Part shown: positions 45,571-64,000 of the stretch, piece by piece | Numbering within the stretch: the stretch's first letter is position 1 | Layout of the letters: every line of letters starts with the position of its first letter | Assembly (NCBI RefSeq): GCF_009914755.1 | Contig: NC_060938.1 | Source of the DNA: the human T2T-CHM13v2.0 reference genome, Homo sapiens | Length of the DNA: 64,000 nt | Reading direction: 5' to 3' (one strand) | Program-made: the position numbers and the translations under genes | Notes under the pieces: generated by a model | What the model was told of the DNA's origin: nothing | What the model saw: only the letters and a program-made list of their open reading frames with translations | Database searches by the model: none

Positions 45571-47804
45571 CTGTTTTTTAAATTCAAAGTATCAATGAGT
45601 AAGAAAATAGTGTTCATACATCACATTTCTAATCAGAAAGTTATTTTTAAGATCCAAACAAACTTTTGCTCTACAGAAATTTATTTAACATAAATGACAT
45701 TTATAAATTTATAGATTAAGGCAAAAATTCACTTTAAAGGTCAATGACCTTTGGACAATTTCTGTACAAGGACAATACTTCCAGAAAGTTTAAGGCTGTC
45801 AACCTTATTCTGCTTTAACTCCAGCCACTCTCATGTCTGCCTTCCCTTACTTGAGCATGGTAATGGGTCTGGCAACTGGCTAATTATAATAGGCGACAAG
45901 GATGAATATGTTTTAGGCCCAACCAACAATTTTATGATGTACTAGCAACTCTCATGAGGATGTCATTCATAAGTTGGTTTTTTTTTAAGTACTAGTTCCA
46001 CTATATAATTGATGTTTTATATTAGCCATCTCCCCCTCCCCACAATTGTATATGATCATAGGAATAGAATTTTGAAGATGGAAGGACCCTAGTTCTATAA
46101 CCTCCTCATGTCACAGAAGGGTGTTAAGTCTAACACAGGTCAAATGAATCACCCAAGGTAACAAAACTTTGAAGGCAAAAACTCCAGCTTTCTTGACCAG
46201 AGCAGTATAGAGAAGAAAATCAATGAAAGCTAGTGGTACAGGCACAGGATTCATGGAAGATGTGAGATTAAAATCAAGACTTAGCCTTTCAATACAGGGC
46301 AATGAGTACCACCAGACTATGAGTAGAAAGAGCCAGGTACTGGCTCAGGCTATGCCTTATCCATTTATATGACTCCCTGAAGGTAGAAACTAGGTTTTAT
46401 TCTTCGTGGTATTCCCTACGCCCAATATCATAACAAAGACATGAGAGAAACTCAATAAAAAAGTGAATAAGGAGTGGGTGAGTAAGTAAGCAAATAGATA
46501 GGAAACCTAATACTCTGGAGAAGTCTATGTAGAAAAGGAAAAAAAGGGCCGGGTGCTGTGGTTCATGCCTGTTATCCCAGCTACTGAGGAGACTGTGCCC
46601 GGAGGATCCCTTGAGCCCAGGAGTTTGAGACCAGCCTGGGCAACATAGTGAGCCCTCATCTCAGAAAATGGGAATAGAGCCTCGGTGAAAGCCTTCAGTT
46701 AAAAGGCAGGAGAAGGAGTCACCACTGGGAACAAGAGAAAGAGTAGTGAGAAAGCAAACCAACAGAAAGCCAGTGGTACAGGATTAGCAAGCAGGGGAGG
46801 AGAAATCCAAGACGTAGGTATGTCAGCAGTGCCAGAAACTAGGAAAAGGTTATGAAACATGAGAGCGAAGGAAAAGTCATTGGATAAAAAATTTTTAAGG
46901 CTAAGTGTCTATTGCTAAGCAAGACTAGCAGCATATTTTGGCTAGGCAAGAACTGGGGTTCCAGTGTGGCTGAGAAGAGCAGAAAACATCCATCCCCAGC
47001 CTCGCACCACTGGCATGCTTCCTGAACCCACCCCTCAGAATATCTGCTTACATTAGTGCCTCTATTTCCACAGCAAATAGAGATAAGAAGAGTCCCTTTA
47101 TATCTATTTGCATATACCAAATTATGTTAAAAATCAGGATTCTCCCAGGGGTAAAAACGGACTGGAAAAAAAAAAAAAGGACTGGAACGTTGATCCTCAT
47201 TTAGATTCAAGAACATAAAAATAGGTCTGATGTATGCAAGTGCCCGTAGTCTGAGGTTAGGTTACAGAAAAGGATTATGGAGCCTCTAAGAAGGAACTCA
47301 CCACAAGGGAAGAAGGACTCTGAACTGGTGAGCTGTGTTCAGGCACAGCTCCTTAAGTACACTGTATGTCTGCGATCCTGGCAGTGTAGAGAATCAGTGA
47401 GCATGTGGGCATGTGATACTGGTGGACCTCTTCCATGAATGCCTCTAATACTTTGAGACACAGTTCATTTCACTCTAAGGTCCCATACCTGTCAGAACTC
47501 ACAGCATAGTTAACAGCAGGCCTGTGGTTTCTAGAAGAGGCAATGGCAACAGTGGCCCCTGGCTCCTTCAGTGGTGGTGGCAGAGACCCATGAGGTGACC
47601 AAAACCAGCTGTTGTGGTGACTCAGCCCACAACACCCATCAAGCACCCTCCTGGAACACGGTAGACCAAAGATGCTCAATAAAAGCAGCACAGCTGAATG
47701 ACTGAATTCAGAGAGGCATTTAGGAGCAATTGGTATCAAAGTCACTGCAAATATTGAGTAGCAATGCAAGAACCTTCCAAGTGTCATTCCTCATCTCTTC
47801 CCTG

Positions 47805-48236
47805 TGAGAAAAGAAAAATAGCTGAAAGCAGCCTGAGCTCTGTGAGGCATGCAAAATTTATCAGGTCCAGGGACACATGAGTGTGGGACCTCAGTCACGC
47901 CCACTGTCCCCCACCATCCCCATGACCAGGGGCAAGTGTTTAAAGGTGTTTTGGTCTTGACTAGCTGCCTTGCCTATTATCTTCATGTTCCTGGCATTTG
48001 TGATACAAAGCACAATGCATAGCTAATTAATAGCTTATGTTATTTTGATGCAACTTCTTGGCAAACAACTTAGGAACTGCCTCTTTAAAAACTCACATGT
48101 AACTGCTGCTAACTAATCTCAGCACATAGTCAGGGCAACCTGAATCTATGCACCCAAATTGTAGTCCTCAAATCTGGCCCAAGTAAACTCCCTACTTTTA
48201 TTAATTTTGTCTCAGTTTTTGTCCTTTAGGTCGACA
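47805..48236 (+). mobile_element. ERV1-class solo LTR (subfamily unresolved)
   Basis: TGAGAAAAG...GGTCGACA termini with 4-bp TSD CCTG on both sides. Confidence 0.8.
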
Positions 48237-48325
48237 CCTGTGTCCTGGATCTCAGTTCACTAGATTAGGTCAGGACCAGTGGGTTAGGAGAGTGAAGGTT
48301 TCACATTCCATCAGCCCTGGCACTA

Positions 48326-49308
<983 letters not shown>

Positions 49309-51374
49309 TCAAATGGCTTTTTGACCCAGAAAAGGTTAAGAGCCTCCTAGTTGGGACCATCCATATCCCTCATTTCTAAATTCTTAGCAACTACCCCAGC
49401 ACTTACTGACAGCACCTCTTGGGCATCTCTAACCTTTTGCAGTGTTCACAGTGCCTTCCTCACCAGCTCGTGGCAGACTCCTGGTGGAAGAGGAGGGAAG
49501 CACACCTCATTGTTGACATTGCCTCCTAGTTCCCGGGGAGCTCCATTCCAGGAAGGAATTTAACCAGGGAGTGGCTGTCCCTCTCTTTTGGATAACTTTG
49601 GGCTTATCCAGCGGACAAACCACTGCCTATTCCCTGACAGGCAGACTGACTCGGGGACATTTTTTCCCTGCCAAAGTACTGCTTGCTTCCCAAGACTTCT
49701 CCAGACTAAACATCCATTGACTGAGATGAAATATTACACTTTTCTTTTCCAAAGGGTCAAAGGGATTTCAGCAAGGTTCAGACTAAGGAAAAGAGGGCTG
49801 ATTTGTGAATACACTGGGAAGAGCATTTTGGTCTAATGGTCTTATTTCTCATCCAAATTAATAACATGTCACTCTTGAGAACATTTTTGTTAATGACGCC
49901 TCAAAACACAACCCACCCAGCCCCAGACTGTGAGCCTTCAAAGACAAAGACAGGTCCCCGGCCTTCCCTTGGATGGCCCTACCGTTCTCTTCCCAGATGT
50001 TTTACGAGCCTGCTAATTTTTGTAAGATGTAATAAAATATATTTAAGGGAGAAAAAATGTACTAGACTGTTTTAATGAGCTTGAGCATCTATATTTTTGA
50101 AAATGTAATGTCAAGAAGCCAGGGAAAGTTGTTTTTTAAATTACCAGGAATTTTCTGATTCCACTTTTGGAGGAGACTTTGTTTGTTTATTTGTTTGTTT
50201 GTTTTTGAAAAACACTTCAATGGCTTTATGGCAGTAAAGCCAAAATCATATTCTCAGTAGCTTAAGACCGTGCTGAGCTACACAGCTCACCTTCATGACG
50301 CTGAGATGGCCTGCACTGTGGGAAGAGATCCCTCTCTACAGGTTAGGATGTGTCTTGAGAGGTGAGTCTGGGGCCACCATGGGGTTTTCCCTTCTCACTG
50401 GGCCTCCTGATCAGGGTCCAGCACCTGGCAGGGGAGTCATAGCAAATGGACCAGTGACAGACATGAGCAAAGACACTCCACGACAGAAGATAAGTCTCAT
50501 GATAATGTGGCAGCAGAAAGAGAGATGAGCAGTGGGAGAGAAAAAACAAAATACCCTATCCAGATGAATGGCTGGTGGACTTTAAGAACAATAATCTCCT
50601 ATATCTCATTGGATTTTTTCCCTCTTTCCTACACAATCCCCTCCTGTTATTCCAAAGCTTTCAATGAAACAGGGGTTACAATGGGCCTGACATACTCGGC
50701 AGATAATGTCATGGCATTGGTAAGAGTGTAGTAGTCAGGATGATCAGAGGTCACTCTCATTGCCATCTTGGTTTTGGTGGGTCCGCACTTGGTATGAGGA
50801 GGGGCGGGGAAAACAGGAGCAGTTGGAGAAACTCATCACAAGGTAGCCAGAAGTGACCAGCAGATCCCCAGAAGCAGCAGGGATCTGCAGGAAATGTAAG
50901 CCTTCGCTGATGGTTACATGTGAGGGGAACCAGAAAACTGCTAAAGTTGCAGTGGCTGATCACGACAAGGGCTTAGACTAGTAATTGTAAGCACTAAAGG
51001 AAAGGGTGGCTTTTGTAGACCAAAGAAATCAGACTTTGGAGTTAGTTTCTTAAATTGTATCAAAACAATTCATGGCCAAATGTTGTGAATGTTATGAACA
51101 GTAAGATGCAAAGGAGTTTAGAAGAAGGAGGGAGACTTAAAGGAGTTCTTCCCCATGATGGCTGGGAAGGCTTCACAAAAGAAGAATTCGAACTAGATCT
51201 TGAAAAGGGGGATCTTAGAAAGGGGGAGGAGGAGAAGAGGACTCCTTGTAGGAGAAATGGAAAGAGCTAAAGCATGAAGATGCCCAAGTGGAAGGTGTGC
51301 TTTAAGCAGGGAATGGCCCTGTCTGACTGAAGTCAAATCTATATTCTTGAGCATCCATCCTTCATACTTCATTT

Positions 51375-52559
<1,185 letters not shown>

Positions 52560-54627
52560 ATTTAGGGCCCATTCTTGAGGCCCAGGGATGGAAACATATT
52601 AAGCTAGTCTTCACAGAACAATCAAAGTTGTTGACAACATCTTAAGTTAGCCAGTGCTAGCACTCAGAGAGAGGCCAGCCATCCCAGAAGGACAGGAAGT
52701 GGCCTAGAATTCACCCTTGGTTTTCTCATGCCTCCCTTCTTAGAAGGCTCTCCTGTTTAGAATGCCCCAACCCCCTGCAAAGTGCTGCAAAAAGTGCCCA
52801 TGTCTTTATCAGCCCTACCCCACAGGCTACTTGATTTGTGACAGACTCCACTGGGCAAGAGGCATGTTGCCTTTTTAAACTGATCAAAAAACATTCATTC
52901 AGCACCTACTTTATGTCAAGCACTCTTCTGGGCACAAGGGCACAGCAATAAATAGGTCAAAGTCTCTGCCCTCAAGGAGTTTTCTTTCTAGTAGGGAAGA
53001 CAAATACAAATATGTAAATAAAACATCAGGTAGTGCTATGAACAAAAGTAGAGCAAGGTAAGGGAAGAGAGAATAACAAGGAGGGGGGTCTTTTTAACAG
53101 AAGACAGGAAAAGTTCATCTATGGAGGTGACACTGAGCAAAGGCCACAGGGCTGGGGCCCCAGGCTCTGAGATGGGCGCTAGTGATGTGCTTGAAGAACA
53201 AGAAGGCCTCTATGGCTGGATCAAGCTCAATGAGCATGGGGGATAAAGAGGTGGAGGGGCAGAGGAGGAATTACCCTGCAGCTCCTGGCCCAGCATGGCC
53301 ACACGGTGCACACGGCTCCTGCCCATAGCCATAACCCCAGTGGCCCCAGCCCTTGCCTGCCATATTTTCCTCAGGCCTTCAACAAGACTCATTAAACTTT
53401 ATCTAAAGTTACTGTGTTCTGCAGCTGGGGGAAAAGGGCAAACTTCCACTCCTTAAGTTAGAGCAATCAACAGCCAAGGGATTTGGAAGTGGCTGGGGCC
53501 TTGTTATCTTAAGGTTGTAATGAGCCTCGTGAGAATACCCACAACTTCGCTCCAGAGAGGGGGAGCTTCCCTCAGCAGATCCATACTCGGGATTCCAAGT
53601 TTCAAAATTCCGTAGAAACTGGGAAGCAATCCAAATACACCAGGCCTGCACTAGATGCACAGAGTCACAAAGTCTCCCCAGAATGGCTTGTACCAAGGCT
53701 TTGTCGGGGATGTTGCTCTAATAATCCAGCAGGCTCCCTGGGGCTGCCTGTGGCTGCGCTTGATGAATCTCATTATCCACAGTTACACTTTTACCTCAAG
53801 AGGAAAGGACATGGGATGATTCACTAGCTGCTACCTCACCAACACAACCCAAAAGCAAGGGTCAGAGTCCTCTCATCTAAGAATTTAATATTTTCTGGGG
53901 CTAGAGAAGCAGGAAGCTCCTGGGAGCCTGGAAACCCCCTCCAGCTGGGTGACCAGGAAAATCCAAGAGTAAGTAACTGCTTCTCAGCCCTGAGGTAAGT
54001 TGGGGCCTGTTTAAGGTAGCTGAGCTATTGGAAAATAAGGAGCGTGTGGGGCATATCAAAGAGGATACAATATAATCATGCTAATAAATAATAATACCTT
54101 GGAATGGTGGCTCACACTTGTAATCTCAGCTACTTAGGAGGCTGAAGCAGGCAGATCACCTGAGCACAGGAGTTTGAGGCCAGCCTGGGCAACAAAGAAA
54201 GACTCCATCTCTAAAAATAAAAACAAAAACCAAAAAGAAAAATAATAATAGTCAACACTTACTGAACACTTACTGTGTACCATTCCAAGCATTTTACATG
54301 TTATTTCAACCTCCAAGCAAACTCTAGGAGCTAGGTGGTGCTATTGTAATACCCAGTCCACCAAGAAGGAAGCTGAGGCACAGAGACATTAAGGTACTTG
54401 CTTCCAAACTTACACAACTAATTAATGGGAGAGTCAGGATTTAGATTAAGGTCAGAATCCAGAAGTGGTATCCATAGGTGCTGTGCGTGTGGCACTCTGG
54501 AAACTATCCCATTGCCTAAATATCCTGGATATAGTCAGCAACAACTAATCTTTTGCACAAATTATTTTTCAATGGAAATGTGCCTGCCCCATGTCTTGAA
54601 GACTGCATCTCTTGGAAAAGCCCATGC

Positions 54628-54932
<305 letters not shown>

Positions 54933-55792
54933 AAGCCCATGCTTTTATAAGTGCCAGATTGGTGCGAACTCTGTTCCCAGAAGAATAAAGAGCTGGGCTC
55001 TGTAAACTCCAGAGTCCCTCCCTGCCTTGTGCTCAGAGTCCGATGGAATGGCTCTGGGTGAGATGCAAGGCAAAGACTAATTCACAGAGAGAACCTGTGG
55101 AGGCCAACAGGTCCACTGCAAACAGAACTTAATCTACATCCCCACATGGTACTGTCTGTTGTTTTCAGGGCAGCTGGACACTGTCCAGCTAACTCTATAG
55201 GGTCTTGTGAGTTGCAGCTGCCCTGGGTCTATCTGAGGAACCATTCTGCTGCCTCCTCTCTCCAATCAAAGGAATAGCCACCCTCCATAGGTGGCCTCCA
55301 CCATCCTAGACAGAGAGCACCTATGGAGCTCTTAAGCACAATCAAGGACAAGAAGATGCATGGTCTCCTACGGAAGGACATTCCTTATTACATCTAAGCT
55401 AAGTATTTCCTGCCACCTCCAACCCCTCCAGCATCTCTGCTCTCCCTAAGGAAAAACAACAGAGGGCAATGACTGTTTGCTTATAACCCAATCAGTCATG
55501 GCAGACCCTCTGCCTTCTCTTAACATTTTTGTAACATTTTTTCTTCTTTTTTTAATAGTTAAATGGATCATTTATCCTACAGTGACAAACTGTAACCAAA
55601 ACAAATTGTGAGGCTCTAGACTCCTGACAGCACCAAAAAATCAAATTGCATTTTTGTAGCATTTCTTGATGTCCTTTGTAATTATAGAAATCTAATTTTT
55701 TCCAGCTTTTAATTGCAAAATATTCAGATGTACAGAAAATCTTTAAAAATAGTACAAGGAACAACGAAGACCCATCACCTAATTTCATTTTA

Positions 55793-56610
<818 letters not shown>

Positions 56611-56639
56611 GATCCCATTATGTATGAGACTCAATATTA

Positions 56640-56944
56640 GTTTATTAGGTTGGGAAGTCCAAGATCAAGGTGCTAGCAGCGTTCGTGTCTGGTGAGGGCC
56701 CAGTCTCTGCTTCCAAGATGGCATCTTAAAAGGCTGTGTTCTCACATGGCGGAAGGGATGAAAGAGCAAAAAGGGACTAGCTAGTTCCCTCCAGCCCTTT
56801 TATAAGGTTGCTAATTCCATTCATGAGGGCTCTGTTCTCATTATTTAATCACCTCCTAAAGGCCTTACCTCTTAATACTGTAGCACTGGGGATTGAGTTT
56901 CAGCTTGAATTTTGGAGGGGACACAAATATTCAAACCATAGCAC
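56640..56944 (-). mobile_element. MaLR LTR fragment (MST/MLT1A-like)
   Basis: GGGAAGTCCAAGATCAAGG...CAAACCATAGCA. Confidence 0.7.
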
Positions 56945-57140
56945 AGGGTTACAACTATCCTTGGGACTATTAAAAAATATTTTAATATTGTAGGAAAGCT
57001 CTTTGACCTTTTAGTTGGCTGATTTAGACAAATGCTCAATTCTTTAAGCACAGTATACAAAATAAAACATAGATTTAAATTTTTGAGTAACTGACATGTA
57101 AATGTTTTTGCTGACTGTCCTTATCTACCTAATAATATGA

Positions 57141-59497
<2,357 letters not shown>

Positions 59498-61184
59498 TAG
59501 ACTTTCTAAAATTTTCTATGCAGAACATAAATTATTTTGCATCAAAAAGAAAAAAAAGTTATTTTAATATATTTTTCCATACTAATGCATTCCTCATTGC
59601 TCCCAATTGAAACAAGGCCACAAAGATTCTATTTGTCATGCTTGCCACAACTGAATATTTATTTGAGTGAAAATCTGTTTGACATCACCCTCAAATCAAA
59701 GTGGTCAGGTGCAAAGACGTCCTTCAACGCACAGTGATAAGAACATGATTTCACAGCAAAAGACAGATAAAGAGAACATCATTTGCCAGCTACCTGGGGC
59801 AGCAGTGACATAGATTTCTGAAGTCAAGGAGAGGAGGATCTAAATCATCACAGCTTGACAACAAAGCACAAGCTGAGTTTGTCAGAGGCATTTTCATTGT
59901 CTGGGATGCTCATTTCAAATTCCTCTGGGAAGGCAAAGTTACTGCTGCTAAATTTTGTAACATCTGAAAATCTGTGACTTTTACAACCATAAAGAACAGT
60001 CCTGCAAACCTTGATAAGAAAGTTTGCATCGACTTCATCATTACAACAGATTTAAAGGTGAGAAAACAAAGGCAAACGATAGGTACTAACCCTCTAGTGG
60101 AAGTTCCAATCCAAAGCATGTTCATTATCATTACCAAAGCATGTAGCAAGAGGGCCACAGAGAATTTTCCTCTCATTTAGAACATTTTGCCTTCACACAA
60201 AAGGCTGCTGTGTATTTCAGAATTCAAAAAGACACTTTACAGGTAACCACAATACACTTCCATCCAATTTCACTTATATTTTTTAGCCTTGATCTGCCTA
60301 AACTTAATCAGATATTTCTGAGAACTGGAAGCAATTTAGAAACTCAAAATAGTGTTTACTCCAAACTGAAAAATTCTGCAAAGGGAAGTGTTGAAATAAT
60401 AAGAAGAATGGTAACATTTATTGAACTTTTCCAGTGTGCCAGACACTGTATTAAGTATTCCACACATACTTTTCACAGATCCTCACAAAACCTCATGAAA
60501 TAGTCAGTAATATTATCTATATGCAGAAGATTGTATTTTCTAAATATGGCCGCAACAGTGTCTCTCATCCCAAATACTTTCCCACAATGTGATCTTGCCA
60601 CTCCTCCCATCAACAAGCTGGACCTTTGGTCTCCGCCCTTTTAATCCCAGTAGGCTTTAACCACTTGAGTATAGCAGAATGAGGTCATTAACTTTCAAGG
60701 CTAGCTCAGAAAATGTCATGCAACTTCTATGAGGCCCTCTTGTGATGTTTGTTCAGGGAGAAACCAGACACCACGCCACTTAAGAAGCTCTACTACCAGG
60801 ATGTGGTGGCTCACACCTGTAATCCCAGCACTTTTGGAAGCCAAGGCAGGAGGATCGCTTGAGGCCAGGAGTTCAAGGCTGCAGTGAGCTACGATCATGC
60901 CACTGAACTCTAGCCTGGGCAATAGAGTGAGACTGTGTCTCTAAAATAAATAAATAAATTTTTTAAAACGAAGTTCTACTACCATTAGGCCACACGCTGG
61001 AGAGGCCACATGTAGGTGTTTCCAACCAATGGTGTCAGCCTAGTCACCAGCCAACAGCCAGCCTCCACTGCAAACCACGGAACATCCATCTTGGATTCCC
61101 AGGCCAGTCAAGCCTTCAGATGCCTGTATCCCAGTTGGCATCTGAATGCAACTGCATGGGCGAGTTGCAAGAATTTCCCACCTA

Positions 61185-64000
<2,816 letters not shown>

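Overview
Human genomic DNA. The gene pair ABHD4 and OR6J1 indicates chr14q11.2, and two SVA_E/F-type elements indicate human. The window holds the last three coding exons and 3' UTR of ABHD4 (+, 2153-~8090) and the intact single-coding-exon olfactory receptor OR6J1 (-, 29495-30538). OR6J1 probably has a non-coding upstream exon ending at a splice donor at 40359. Most of the rest is interspersed repeat: a dead full-length L1PA3/4, two independent SVA insertions about 96 bp apart inside the inferred OR6J1 intron, solo LTRs (MST, MER4, MER50, MER54-like, MER11, MER41A), an MST provirus at the right edge, more than 35 Alus, a 35-nt U2 retrocopy, half a MADE1, and microsatellites. I see no new protein-coding system; most short ORFs in the track are repeat artefacts. 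The best candidate for undescribed biology is how transposons may have rebuilt the OR6J1 transcription unit. That unit has a tandem SVA_E+SVA_F pair, 41 perfect CCCTCT hexamers whose OR6J1-sense strand encodes an AUG-initiated poly-Gly-Arg ORF, and a poly(A) signal apparently supplied by a MER11 LTR. There is also a short templated insertion near the putative promoter. Repeat subfamily names are from memory of consensus sequences and need RepeatMasker/Dfam confirmation.
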